DNA of 64,000 bases from a virus (Duplodnaviria; Caudoviricetes), in IMG/VR virus record IMGVR_UViG_3300025141_000018, one strand, 5' to 3'. The position numbers and the translations under genes are program-made. The notes under the pieces were generated by a model. That model saw nothing but the letters and a program-made list of their open reading frames with translations. It did no database searches and was not told the origin of the DNA. The first letter of the stretch is position 1, and each line of letters opens with the position of its first letter. Below, one piece after another: positions 17,599 to 27,293 of this stretch.

Positions 17599-18632
17599 AT
17601 TAAATGTGGACAGACATTTTCTAACTTTTGTTCTCTTGATTTATCTAATTCGTCTGTGTACGAATAAAATTTATCTAATAATTCTTTGCTACAAGGTTTT
17701 TTAACAACATCTACTATGTCTTTATATTCTGTATCTAAATATTTACTTATTATGTCTTCTTTAACTTTAGCAGGTAAAACCCATGCACCTAAGTGTGGTA
17801 TGTCAAAATTAAATCCATAGTTCATGTCTGTTCCTATTTCGTTTTCTATCCAAGATTTAAATTCTGCTATTTCATGTACATTATAGTTTGTTACAGTTGT
17901 ATGAATATCAATGTAACATATTTCTTTTAACTTTTTAGTATTTTCTAGTATAGTTTCGTAATCTGATTCAGGACCTCTTATATAGTTATGTGTTTCTTTA
18001 AATCCATCTATACTAACACTCATATCTATTTCAAACAAGTTAAGTTTATCTAACCAAGATGGTAATTTACTGGCATTAGTTGATGTAGTAATATGTATAT
18101 TTTTTGTATTATCAACTGTTGATAATTTGTCTATAAACTTTTCTACACTAGGCATTAAAAATGTTTCACCACCTTTAAGTTCTATATAAACTGTGCCAGT
18201 CTTAATACTGTTTGTTATGCTATATACTAAATCATTAATTGTATCCTCTGTTGCATCATATGCTCTACCATGTCTTTCTTGAAACCAACCTGTGCTATTT
18301 CCTGGATTACACATTCGACATCTAAGGTTACAAAAATTACCTAGGTTGATATCAAAAATTTTTATATCCTGACTAGTAAATTTTTTACCTTGTTTTTCTA
18401 AATATTGTCGTCTACTTCTTACATTATTTTCTTCAGCAGTTTTACAATCAATACATCCTATAGGCCAATTACCTTGGCGCATTTTTTCAATTTCGTTTTC
18501 ATATATAGGTTGTAGTGAAGTGAACTTATACTCTGGCTTATATGGTATTCTTTGTTTAAACCAACAACAAGGTGATATAGCCCCCCACGGAGTAAGTTGT
18601 ATTGCTTGTGTAAATGCTATGCATGGTTTCAT
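17595..18632 (-). CDS. radical SAM protein with N-terminal Cys-rich domain, inside the suf cluster
   Basis: PCCW..CIDC then CNLRCRMC, LKGGET, SIDG. Confidence 0.88.
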   Translation of the reverse strand: MKPCIAFTQAIQLTPWGAISPCCWFKQRIPYKPEYKFTSLQPIYENEIEKMRQGNWPIGCIDCKTAEENNVRSRRQYLEKQGKKFTSQDIKIFDINLGNFCNLRCRMCNPGNSTGWFQERHGRAYDATEDTINDLVYSITNSIKTGTVYIELKGGETFLMPSVEKFIDKLSTVDNTKNIHITTSTNASKLPSWLDKLNLFEIDMSVSIDGFKETHNYIRGPESDYETILENTKKLKEICYIDIHTTVTNYNVHEIAEFKSWIENEIGTDMNYGFNFDIPHLGAWVLPAKVKEDIISKYLDTEYKDIVDVVKKPCSKELLDKFYSYTDELDKSREQKLENVCPHLI

Positions 18633-18733
18633 AGATATATGTATGCAAGATATTCACCTAAAGCCGCACCTAACAAAATCGCAATTATTATGGACCATAT
18701 CCAAAATTTAGTCGATATTGTTGGGTCGTTCAC
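18629..18733 (-). CDS. 34-aa single-TM peptide (below cutoff)
   Basis: GTG start with SD AAGGA 8 nt upstream; MNDPTISTKFWIWSIIIAILLGAALGEYLAYIYL; stop overlaps the next start (ATGA). Confidence 0.55.
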   Translation of the reverse strand: MNDPTISTKFWIWSIIIAILLGAALGEYLAYIYL

Positions 18734-19100
18734 GGGCTAAGTCCTTTAGGCGCCATATGAGTTGATTCATACCGTTTGCTCTGCTGGGACTGAATATTAA
18801 TCCTAATGCTGACATTGATTGAGTATTAAAGGCTTGTGCTTCGTTTATTGACATGCTATTAAAGATTTCACAAACCATCTTAGCAAGACCGTTGGTCAGT
18901 AATGAATCTGCTCTTGTCTTATATTTACTCTCGTGTATATCGCACCATAGTTTACTTGTACATCCTTTTACAAATGTTTTATCTGTACAAAATTCTTCAG
19001 GTAGATCGCTACCTTTATCAGACCAATCTATTACATATTGATATCTATCAAAATCGTCTAGTGCGTCTATTTCTTCTTTTATTTCGTTAAAAGTTGACAT
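18708..19100 (-). CDS. sufE: SufE sulfur acceptor
   Basis: DRYQYVIDW..LP, VKGCTSKLW, ADSLLTNGL, SPSRANG. Confidence 0.88.
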   Translation of the reverse strand: MSTFNEIKEEIDALDDFDRYQYVIDWSDKGSDLPEEFCTDKTFVKGCTSKLWCDIHESKYKTRADSLLTNGLAKMVCEIFNSMSINEAQAFNTQSMSALGLIFSPSRANGMNQLIWRLKDLARERPNNID

Positions 19101-20215
19101 ACTTCTTTATATGCTTTACTAAATTTTACTAAATCTCTTTCATCATTGTAAAAACTTATACTTGCTCTTACCAGTCCTCTTTCGTCAATTGACTTTACAT
19201 ACGGCTCAGCACATAACATACCACTTCGTACTGCAATGTTTTTTTCGCCTAATACTGTTGCAACATCTCCTGGATGAGCATCTGTTTTAAAAGTAACAAT
19301 ATTTACGCCATCTTCCCAAACAGGAGTAATTATTTCTTTTAATTTTGCTGTTAGTTCTTTTTCGTATGCTAATAATTCTTCTCTTCCTAATGTTGTAATA
19401 AGTTCACATGCTTTTTGTAACTGCAATGCACCTGCTATATTAGGAGTACCTGCTTCAAACTTTCCGCATCCATCAATATAGGTTTGTTCGTGTTTTTCAA
19501 CTTCAACTACAATACCGCCACCAACTTGGTATGTATCCATTTTATCAAAGTGTTTTTCTTTTACACATAAACATCCTATACCTGTTGGACCATATAATTT
19601 ATGTCCACTAAAACTTACAAAGTCTGCACCTGGATATTTAAATTTTACTATGCTTTGTGCGGCATCTACATGTACTAATGCATTATATACATTTGCTAAT
19701 ATTAATATCTTTTTATAAGGTTGTTGAATGCCACTTACATTTCCAATGTGTGCAAAACTTATAATAGTTCGATCATATACACCTTTAGTACGTTTAAGTG
19801 TTTCATTTAATACTGCTAAATCAATATAACCGTTTTCGTCTAAGTCTAAATATTCTATATTAGCATTAGAATGGCGCCACGGTAATAAGTTTGCATGATG
19901 TTCTGTCCATGGTACTAATACTAAATCTGCTGAAGATAACGTTAATGCATTTGCTAATAAGTTTATGCTTTCGGTTGTGTTACGTGTGAATATTAACTCG
20001 TTGTTTTTAAATCCTGCAAATTCTGCAACAACCGATCTTGCTTCTTCATATTTTGTTGTTGCTTCTTGCCCTAGTTTATGCGGACTTCTATGTATGTTTG
20101 CATTGAAGTACCAATAATAATTGTATTCTGTAATGACTCTGGCTGGAGTCATTGTAGTTGCCGCATTATCTAAATAGACGTGATCTTTATAGTTTGGAAA
20201 GTAACGTTTGTACAT
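19079..20215 (-). CDS. sufS: SufS-type cysteine desulfurase
   Basis: YLDNAATT, EHHAN, DAAQS, FSGHKLYGPTG, EAGTPN, RSGMLCA. Confidence 0.93.
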   Translation of the reverse strand: MYKRYFPNYKDHVYLDNAATTMTPARVITEYNYYWYFNANIHRSPHKLGQEATTKYEEARSVVAEFAGFKNNELIFTRNTTESINLLANALTLSSADLVLVPWTEHHANLLPWRHSNANIEYLDLDENGYIDLAVLNETLKRTKGVYDRTIISFAHIGNVSGIQQPYKKILILANVYNALVHVDAAQSIVKFKYPGADFVSFSGHKLYGPTGIGCLCVKEKHFDKMDTYQVGGGIVVEVEKHEQTYIDGCGKFEAGTPNIAGALQLQKACELITTLGREELLAYEKELTAKLKEIITPVWEDGVNIVTFKTDAHPGDVATVLGEKNIAVRSGMLCAEPYVKSIDERGLVRASISFYNDERDLVKFSKAYKEVCQLLTK

Positions 20216-20768
20216 TGTCTATACTTCGTTTAAGTGTTAGGTGTTTTATTGCAGGGAAAATGCTTAAGATACTTTCTATTAGTCCATAGAGTAATACTTC
20301 TTTTGTATTTTTAATACCTCTAGTGTTCATATAATATATTTGATTAGTATCAAAATTTGACATTGTGCATCCGTGTCTGCAGGAAACATTTTTATTATCT
20401 ATTATTAAATTTGGTTTAGCACTAATTTCGCCTGTTTCTGATAGTATATAGTTTTTTACATCCATATTAGCATCAACATTCTCACCAGTTGGTGGTATAA
20501 TAATTTGACTAGTAAAATTTATTTTGCTATTATTGCTTGCAATATTTTTAGAAACGATATCAACTTTAGTATCTGCTTCGCAAATTACATCAGTTGTAAT
20601 AGTAGTTTTACCTTCAGTACATGTTGTAATAGTAAGTAGATTGAATTCAATGCCCTTCTTAACATAGATGGTTGTATCAATTACATCATTTGTTTTAGCA
20701 AATAATCCGTATGTTGTATTTTTATCAATTGTTATTTCTTTGCTATCCGGAAATACATCATAAAACAT
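20187..20768 (-). CDS. sufD: truncated SufD-like protein
   Basis: only 193 aa; KPNLII..VSCRHG..QIYYMNTRG C-terminal SufD signature. Confidence 0.75.
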   Translation of the reverse strand: MFYDVFPDSKEITIDKNTTYGLFAKTNDVIDTTIYVKKGIEFNLLTITTCTEGKTTITTDVICEADTKVDIVSKNIASNNSKINFTSQIIIPPTGENVDANMDVKNYILSETGEISAKPNLIIDNKNVSCRHGCTMSNFDTNQIYYMNTRGIKNTKEVLLYGLIESILSIFPAIKHLTLKRSIDNVQTLLSKL

Positions 20769-21468
20769 TATAACCCTGCTTCTGTATCTTTTTTAACATA
20801 CGTTTTTCGTGTGTCCTTAATACACCATCTTTAATTATATGTACTTTGGTTACATTTAAAAAATCATACAACTTAAAATTATGACTTATAATAAGTGCTG
20901 ACTTATCACTAGTTAAATATTCTCGTAATGATGCACCAATTGAATTTATTGCATCAATATCTAACCCACTATCTATTTCGTCTAGTAAAACACAAGTTGG
21001 TTTCAAATGAAACATTTGCATTATTTCATTTTTCTTTTTTTCACCGCCACTTGCATTATAATTTACTTTACGTTTATACCAGCCTTCTCCCAATCCAAAC
21101 TTATTTGAAAATTCATTGTACGTATTAATAATATCGCGAACAGTAGTTTCTTTACCAAGATTTTTTTTGGCTTCTTTAATTAACGCCATGTTACTAACGC
21201 CATCAATTTCAATAGGATTTTGAAAGCTCATAAACATTCCATGTTTTGCTCTTTCGTGGGTTGGCATATTTGTTATGTCTTTATCATTTAAAAACACACG
21301 ACCAGATATATCAAATTCCTTACCCATAATAGCATTAAGCAAAGTACTTTTACCAGATCCGTTTGGTCCTAGCAAAGCATGTATCTCACCTTTGGGTACT
21401 TTAAAGTTAGCATTTTTAATTATTGTTTTTTTGTCTGCTCGGACCCGCAGATCTAATACTCTTAACAT
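20758..21468 (-). CDS. sufC: SufC ABC ATPase
   Basis: GPNGSGKST, FQNPIEIDG, SGGEKKK, LDEIDSGLD, ISH. Confidence 0.93.
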   Translation of the reverse strand: MLRVLDLRVRADKKTIIKNANFKVPKGEIHALLGPNGSGKSTLLNAIMGKEFDISGRVFLNDKDITNMPTHERAKHGMFMSFQNPIEIDGVSNMALIKEAKKNLGKETTVRDIINTYNEFSNKFGLGEGWYKRKVNYNASGGEKKKNEIMQMFHLKPTCVLLDEIDSGLDIDAINSIGASLREYLTSDKSALIISHNFKLYDFLNVTKVHIIKDGVLRTHEKRMLKKIQKQGYNVL

Positions 21469-22901
21469 TAGCCTATTGAGTTTTCTAGTTGAACGGCCAT
21501 TAATTTATTTGCCTCTGCGGCAAATTCAAGTGGCAAGTTGTTAAATACTTCTTTACAAAAACCATTAACTAAAAATGTACTTGCTTGTTCGGGATCGTAT
21601 CCTCTTGATTGCAAGTAAAATAATTGCTCGTCACTTAGTTTGCTTGTGGTTGCTTCGTGTTCAACAATAGCAGAAGGCTGTTTGCTTTCTATATAAGGTA
21701 ATGTTACTGCTGAACTATCACTATTTAATATTAAACTATCGCATTGAGTAAAATTTCGTGCATTGGTAGCACTTTCGCCTATACGTACAAGTCCCCTGTA
21801 TGCATTAGAACTTTGCCCTGCTGATATACCTTTGCTTATAATAACACTCTTGGTGTTCTTACCAAGATGAATCATTTTTGTTCCTGTATCAGCAACTTGT
21901 TTATTATTGGTAAGTGCTACTGAGAAGAATTCGCCGGTGCTATCATCGCCAGACAAAATACAACTAGGATACTTCCAAGTAATGCTAGAACCAGTCTCAA
22001 CTTGGGTCCAAGATATTTTGCTTCGCTTGCCGGAGCAATGACCTCTCTTTGTAACAAAGTTATAAATGCCACCATTACCTTTTTCATCGCCCGGATACCA
22101 ATTTTGTATTGTGCTATATTTAATTTCTGCATCGTCTAATGCTACTAATTCAACAACCGCGGCATGTAGTTGATTCTCGTCTCGCATAGGTGCCGTACAT
22201 CCTTCTAGGTACGATACGTACGATTGCTTGTCGGCGATAATGAGTGTTCGCTCGAATTGACCTGTATTTCTTTCGTTAATTCTGAAGTAGGTACTAAGCT
22301 CGAGAGGACACCTGACACCAGGTGGTATATACACGAAACTACCGTCGCTAAAAACACAAGCATTAAGGCAGGTCCAGTAATTATCATTAAATGGAACAAC
22401 CGTTCCCAAATATTTTTTAACCAAGTTTGGATACTTTTGTACTGCATCATTAAAACTCCCAAATATTATTCCTAACTTACTTAGTTGTTCTTTATATGTT
22501 GTTGCTACACTAACAGAATCAAATACTGCATCAACTGCCACTCCTGCTAGAGCTTCTCGTTCATGTAACGGAATGCCTAGTCGCTCAAAATCACGAAGTA
22601 TTGCGGGATCAACTTCATCTAAACTTTTAGGACGTTTTTTAGGGCGAGAAAAATAATGTATGTCTTGGAGATCAATCGTAGGTACACTAAAACTAGGCCA
22701 TTGCGGTTGTTGCAATCTTTGCAACAACTTATATGCTTTTAGCCTATATTTTAACAACCAGGCAGGTTCGTTGTTTTTTTGTGAGATAGTTTTAATTATC
22801 TTTTCATTAAGGCCTTTTTCTAAAACCTCGCTTTCAACTTGTGTGACAAATCCTGCTTCATATTTTTTATTGATTATCTCCGTTAATTCTGTCATTAACA
22901 A
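21468..22901 (-). CDS. sufB: SufB Fe-S scaffold
   Basis: [43 protein letters not shown]. Confidence 0.97.
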   Translation of the reverse strand: MLMTELTEIINKKYEAGFVTQVESEVLEKGLNEKIIKTISQKNNEPAWLLKYRLKAYKLLQRLQQPQWPSFSVPTIDLQDIHYFSRPKKRPKSLDEVDPAILRDFERLGIPLHEREALAGVAVDAVFDSVSVATTYKEQLSKLGIIFGSFNDAVQKYPNLVKKYLGTVVPFNDNYWTCLNACVFSDGSFVYIPPGVRCPLELSTYFRINERNTGQFERTLIIADKQSYVSYLEGCTAPMRDENQLHAAVVELVALDDAEIKYSTIQNWYPGDEKGNGGIYNFVTKRGHCSGKRSKISWTQVETGSSITWKYPSCILSGDDSTGEFFSVALTNNKQVADTGTKMIHLGKNTKSVIISKGISAGQSSNAYRGLVRIGESATNARNFTQCDSLILNSDSSAVTLPYIESKQPSAIVEHEATTSKLSDEQLFYLQSRGYDPEQASTFLVNGFCKEVFNNLPLEFAAEANKLMAVQLENSIG

Positions 22902-22929
22902 TGTTCCAAAAGTGTATTCGTGTACGTAC

Positions 22930-23190
22930 TTATCTAATCATTTTATGCAGTTTAAACCAAGCGGCCAGTTCGGAATCTCGAAATCTTACATGAAAAATGT
23001 CGCCTATTTTGGCGTTTGTAAACATATAATCTATATTTGGTTCGCCAAATTTCTTCATTACATTAATAAACTCCTTATTCTGTGCTTTAACACTGGTGTA
23101 AGGAGCATTTAATTTAACCATCACACTATACTTGAAATTGTCATTAGGTGATACTGGTATTATATCGTCTAAAACTTCAAGGCTACTCAT
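22930..23190 (-). CDS. hypothetical protein
   Basis: 86-aa ORF coupled to queD. Confidence 0.6.
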   Translation of the reverse strand: MSSLEVLDDIIPVSPNDNFKYSVMVKLNAPYTSVKAQNKEFINVMKKFGEPNIDYMFTNAKIGDIFHVRFRDSELAAWFKLHKMIR

Positions 23191-23717
23191 TCGTCGACTT
23201 CAAATAAGTCTTCGCCCCATTCTCTGTGTCCTTCTCTCCAAGCCATATTAGTTTGTGTTTCACGTACTTCTACTCTAAAACACCAAAGTCTTTCTGCTTC
23301 ACCCGGACCCCACATATCAGGAATGAATACTCCGTTTACATATTTGTATAATTGATCTGCTAAACCTTCACAACCAAGTTTTGGCAAAACAGTAAGTCTA
23401 GCAATTCCTGCTTTTTCTAATTGTTTATAAAGATCCAAGTGTGGCTCATCTTCTGCTACCAATAATGTGTGATCGAACATGTCATCTAAAAAACTTTTAA
23501 GTTCTCCCATGCCACCATAATCAGCAACCCAATTTCTAACATCTAAATCATCTGTACCAAAAAAGAATCTCATACTAAAACTGTAGCCATGAATAACATT
23601 ACAATGGCTATCTGCTTTCCATTGTCTATATGCACATGGAAATTTATCTACGTATTCTTTTGTACTATTATATTTGTATGTTCTTGGTGATCTATTCTCT
23701 AAAGTAATTGTACTCAT
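23187..23717 (-). CDS. queD: 6-carboxytetrahydropterin synthase (PTPS/QueD family)
   Basis: CAYRQW..SHC..IHGY, WVADYG, FDHT, GCEGLA, EVRET. Confidence 0.85.
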   Translation of the reverse strand: MSTITLENRSPRTYKYNSTKEYVDKFPCAYRQWKADSHCNVIHGYSFSMRFFFGTDDLDVRNWVADYGGMGELKSFLDDMFDHTLLVAEDEPHLDLYKQLEKAGIARLTVLPKLGCEGLADQLYKYVNGVFIPDMWGPGEAERLWCFRVEVRETQTNMAWREGHREWGEDLFEVDE

Positions 23718-24271
23718 TTTTTTACATCCGTTATGTTTAACTCTTTGAATGCTCTTTGCAATCCAACTATTTGATTAAAGCAATCATATAATGCATGGTG
23801 CTTCCACTTATTTGGAGCCTCTGCATGGGACATTTTCATCATTGTTCTTGAATCTTTAACTTGCCAATACATCCATTTAAATCCTCTACCACATGCTTTA
23901 TGGGCATGTTCTAATATAGGATAATCAAATGTACTACCATTTGCCCAATAATGATCTACTCCACTACAAAATTTATATAAACCTTTTAATGCTTCTGCTA
24001 ACGGAACTCTTTCCTTTGAATTGAAGGCTTCTTCTTTTATATGTTCTTCTTGCTTTGCCCACCATTCCATTGTTGGTTCACTTACATCAAATTCATCGCC
24101 CTGTGATTCAATATCAACACGAGAATAAAATGTTGGAAGTGTTACAGTTCCGTTTGGACAAGCACCTTCGTCGTCATCAAATGGATTAAATTTTACTGCA
24201 CCTATAGATAGAATCAAGGCATTAGGCAAAGTGCTTAACGCCTCTAAATCAATCATAATGTGATTATTCAT
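23714..24271 (-). CDS. DEDDh 3'-5' exonuclease (Rv2179c-like)
   Basis: MIDLE, WANGSTFD, HHALYD. Confidence 0.82.
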   Translation of the reverse strand: MNNHIMIDLEALSTLPNALILSIGAVKFNPFDDDEGACPNGTVTLPTFYSRVDIESQGDEFDVSEPTMEWWAKQEEHIKEEAFNSKERVPLAEALKGLYKFCSGVDHYWANGSTFDYPILEHAHKACGRGFKWMYWQVKDSRTMMKMSHAEAPNKWKHHALYDCFNQIVGLQRAFKELNITDVKK

Positions 24272-24614
24272 CTTTTTCTCCGCATCCTTCGTCTCCTCGC
24301 CAACCTATTCGAACAAGGTCCAGTCGGATGTCATCTTCGATACATCCTTCGTTACCTGAGCAGTAATAGTCGAGGTAATCTCCTCCACTGGCTTTGAGTG
24401 TGCTGACAATGCTCCCAGCATGACGCCAACTACAAGACCAATAATTAACATCCTGTTTATTGCTATGTACAACAGAATCATGAAGCCACCTAGTATTGCA
24501 TAAAGCGGCATAGAGTCGCCTAGAATATCCATCGTTTTCCCTTACTTTATCTTTAATGGTTTTACAATCAATTAGATCTCTTTCGAGATCCGGTTTACGA
24601 GTTCTTGTATTCAT
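24264..24614 (-). CDS. conserved-looking phage hypothetical protein
   Basis: LYAALCN..SCSWR..DYLDYYCSG; start moved to MNTRTR. Confidence 0.6.
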   Translation of the reverse strand: MNTRTRKPDLERDLIDCKTIKDKVRENDGYSRRLYAALCNTRWLHDSVVHSNKQDVNYWSCSWRHAGSIVSTLKASGGDYLDYYCSGNEGCIEDDIRLDLVRIGWRGDEGCGEKDE

Positions 24615-24641
24615 TATACAGTATTTAGATAATAAAGTCAA
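24613..24641 (-). promoter_or_regulatory. sigma70-like promoter with nested TAAATA late motif
   Basis: TTGACTttattatcTAAATActgTATAAT (17-nt spacer). Confidence 0.6.
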
Positions 24642-24950
24642 TCACTCAACTTCTTCTACTGTCGCTAACAAAGGAAAATTATTTTGTTTTGCGGCAAGTA
24701 TTGTATCGTGTGCTTTTGTTTCTGCTATTTCGTGTCTAAATATTCCTGCAATACCTTGTCCTTTTTCGTGTACTGCAAATGTTATTCGACTGGCATGTTC
24801 TTCGGATCTTTTAAAAATGCTAATAAGAACCCATACAACAAAATCCATTGGAGTATAATCATCGTTGTGTATCACGACTGCCCAATTTTTTGGTCGTTTA
24901 ACTTTATTTTTAGATTTGGTCTTGGGTTTTTGATCTATAACTTCGGTCAT
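24642..24950 (-). CDS. clpS: ClpS N-degron adaptor
   Basis: VVIHNDDYTPMDFVVWVL, VHEKG, AETK, FPL. Confidence 0.93.
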   Translation of the reverse strand: MTEVIDQKPKTKSKNKVKRPKNWAVVIHNDDYTPMDFVVWVLISIFKRSEEHASRITFAVHEKGQGIAGIFRHEIAETKAHDTILAAKQNNFPLLATVEEVE

Positions 24951-25323
24951 CTTTTAACTTGTTAAGTACAAATTGTTTTTCACAAATTCCGCCATGTTTT
25001 TCTATAATTTCGTTAACACGAGCAACCGGAACCCAACCATAAACTGTATCACTTAAATTATCAGGATCTTCTGCAAATTCCTTTAGTAAAGGTTCTGGCT
25101 CATTTGGAAAGCCTAGTTCAACGCTATCGTAATGATCGGCAATTGCCTGAGGATCTGAGTACATTGACGGACCTGCTTGCAGTGAAAATTCAAATCCATC
25201 TTCGCATTTTACATGCTTAGAGATTTTAGACCAGCCGCCCTCTGGAAGATTGGTAAATGATCCAATTTCTTTAAAAGCACGGATCCAAGTATTCGCCCAA
25301 TCTTTTACAATATTATCGCCCAT
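24910..25323 (-). CDS. phage hypothetical protein
   Basis: CEDGFEFSLQAG..YS.P..VELGFP..VYGWVP. Confidence 0.65.
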   Translation of the reverse strand: MGDNIVKDWANTWIRAFKEIGSFTNLPEGGWSKISKHVKCEDGFEFSLQAGPSMYSDPQAIADHYDSVELGFPNEPEPLLKEFAEDPDNLSDTVYGWVPVARVNEIIEKHGGICEKQFVLNKLKDDRSYRSKTQDQI

Positions 25324-25334
25324 ATCAGTATTTA

Positions 25335-25496
25335 CTATTCATCCTCTTCTAAAAGATGTGGAATAACTACTCCTTCTCCACCAAAGAGGTCTAACTGTAC
25401 TGAACAACGAACCTCAACCCATTCGCCTGTGTGGTCTTTGAATGTCTTCTTTCCCCACATCATCAAATGCTTAATTCCTTTTTCTACTTCTGTCAT
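25335..25496 (-). CDS. 53-aa hypothetical protein (below cutoff)
   Basis: MTEVEKGIKHLMMWGKK...; SD GGAGG; coupled to upstream stop. Confidence 0.5.
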   Translation of the reverse strand: MTEVEKGIKHLMMWGKKTFKDHTGEWVEVRCSVQLDLFGGEGVVIPHLLEEDE

Positions 25497-25783
25497 ACAT
25501 CCTCCTTTGGAACTAATTGATATCCACCTTTGTTATAGGCAATGCTAACTGCAAAGCCCTCTGGTATTGTCTTTCTTTCTGGCTTTTTAACTCCCCCGCC
25601 TTTTCCGGCACCTGCCATCATACGTTCTGCAAAGTTATCTGGTATGTTATCTAATTGACATGTTCTACGAAACGGCTCTGGTTCTGGCCTATCTATAGAA
25701 GTTTTATTAACTCCCCTAATTGGATTCTTTGGCATATCTTCCTCGTATTCTACAATACATCCTGATAAGATTTTTTGCTTCAC
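25493..25783 (-). CDS. phage hypothetical protein
   Basis: C-terminal IAYNKGGYQLV pattern. Confidence 0.6.
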   Translation of the reverse strand: MKQKILSGCIVEYEEDMPKNPIRGVNKTSIDRPEPEPFRRTCQLDNIPDNFAERMMAGAGKGGGVKKPERKTIPEGFAVSIAYNKGGYQLVPKEDV

Positions 25784-25959
25784 GCAACCTTTATTAATTC
25801 GGTTTCACCGTTAACCTTTTTGGTTTTTACATATCCTCCTGCTTCAAGCATATTTAGAGTCTGGCTTGCGACTCGATCTACTGCTCTATACCAAGCAAAA
25901 CGATATCCTAACAATGTTCCTACTGCATAAACTAATATAAACCAAACATATATTTCCAT
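25780..25959 (-). CDS. 59-aa membrane protein (below cutoff)
   Basis: MEIYVWFILVYAVGTLLGY...; GTGA overlap with next gene. Confidence 0.55.
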   Translation of the reverse strand: MEIYVWFILVYAVGTLLGYRFAWYRAVDRVASQTLNMLEAGGYVKTKKVNGETELIKVA

Positions 25960-25960
25960 A

Positions 25961-26296
25961 TTACACTACCCTTTCTTTACGAATTATTTCTGCTTGTAAT
26001 TGTTTCCAATATTTGCCAATTTTTATATTACCAAATTTGTCTTGTTTACGAGCAATTTCCATCTGCTTTACGGAAAGTGAACGCCCTTTAATAATATGTT
26101 TTGCAAAGGAGGAAAAGATATCTGCATCAAATGCAGTAAAACCAATGCCATTAGCCTTGCTAGTCATATCGCAGGCTTGTTCGTCGGCTTCTTGATTATT
26201 GAAAATGACAATTAAGGCACGTTCTACTGCCTTATCGCTGTTTTGAAGGAGGTTAACAATTTTAGTTCTGGTCCAACTTGTTTCAACTTTAGCCAT
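25961..26296 (-). CDS. early phage hypothetical protein
   Basis: AVERAL..QEADEQ..NGIGF; own promoter and SD AGGAG. Confidence 0.7.
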   Translation of the reverse strand: MAKVETSWTRTKIVNLLQNSDKAVERALIVIFNNQEADEQACDMTSKANGIGFTAFDADIFSSFAKHIIKGRSLSVKQMEIARKQDKFGNIKIGKYWKQLQAEIIRKERVV

Positions 26297-26340
26297 CTAT
26301 GTCTCCTAGCAAGTGTTTAACTAATTTAACCTATACATAT

Positions 26341-26368
26341 ATTATACGCTCTTTGTATTAAATGTCAA
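26341..26368 (-). promoter_or_regulatory. sigma70-like early promoter TTGACA-N16-TATAAT
   Basis: consensus hexamers read directly. Confidence 0.8.
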
Positions 26369-26545
26369 CCTTTTTATGTAGTCATTCGTAAAATCGTTTA
26401 TATGTTTCTTTGATTGCCTCGTCTTCTGTCATCCCTTCTTCTATGCATTCTTCATACAAGTAAATTGGTATTAGGATGAGTTGTCTTAATTTTTTGTATA
26501 CTTCCTTTGTAATCATTTTTGTCTAAATCTAATACTTTGAAAGCG

Positions 26546-26860
26546 TCATACATGAATTGCATTTCGGATTCCAAATGTAAAAAGCATCCGTCTGGTAATT
26601 AATGCTTCGTTATTTTCTTCTTTAAATGTATCTATAAATTCTTCTTTACTATCGTCTTTAAATGTATCTATAAATTCTTCTTGGTCTGTTGGAATTGTTA
26701 GGGTATCGTTTTCCCAAGGATCTGCTTCCTCTAAAAAGTCTTCGAGGCGTGTTTCGTTTAAAAAATCGTTGCTATTTTGTGTTGTCATAATCATTATAGT
26801 GCTCCAAAGAAAATATATTGATCCATAAATGCCCAAACTCCGTGTGGTAATTCTGCCCAC
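26546..26860 (-). CDS. hypothetical protein with internal duplication
   Basis: EEFIDTFK occurs twice; start uncertain. Confidence 0.45.
   Translation of the reverse strand: MGRITTRSLGIYGSIYFLWSTIMIMTTQNSNDFLNETRLEDFLEEADPWENDTLTIPTDQEEFIDTFKDDSKEEFIDTFKEENNEALITRRMLFTFGIRNAIHV
26619..26682. repeat. 28-bp direct repeat, period 36
   Basis: tctttaaatgtatctataaattcttctt at 26619-26646 and 26655-26682. Confidence 0.85.
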
Positions 26861-26957
26861 CTACAAAGTTTAATGAAGTGAAGTTGCCAGAAAGTATACC
26901 AGTCTATACTAACAAAACTGTATGCATACCCGAATAAAAATCCTATTAAAAGGTATT

Positions 26958-27224
26958 TTAACATGGTGGAAAGTATACTTCAGAACGTAAGTTTCGAATT
27001 TGCCAACGTTCCCAAACAATGTCTTCTGTGTCGGATTCGTCAACACCAATAAGTGCAAATGTTTTGTAGACTTGTGCTGGACGGGGACCGTCGATGGTTT
27101 CTAAGGAATGAGTAGATCCACGCTCTTTCGCCCATTCACTTGGTGCTCCAAAAGCACAATAATGACGGTGTCCTACTTCTACTTCGTTAAAACTGACGTT
27201 GTGTGCTTGAAGTTGCTTTAGCAT
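26958..27224 (-). CDS. early hypothetical protein
   Basis: SD AGGAG and upstream promoter. Confidence 0.65.
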   Translation of the reverse strand: MLKQLQAHNVSFNEVEVGHRHYCAFGAPSEWAKERGSTHSLETIDGPRPAQVYKTFALIGVDESDTEDIVWERWQIRNLRSEVYFPPC

Positions 27225-27260
27225 GGAATCTCCTGTGCAAGTGTTTTAACTGTTACAACT

Positions 27261-27288
27261 ATTATAACATCTGCACAGGAAAAGTCAA
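27261..27288 (-). promoter_or_regulatory. sigma70-like early promoter TTGACT-N16-TATAAT
   Basis: with extended -10 TGn. Confidence 0.75.
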
Positions 27289-27293
27289 CCGTT

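Noticed and set aside
26619-26682. CRISPR array
   Set aside because: Only two copies separated by 8 bp, in frame in a CDS; no array seen anywhere in the window.
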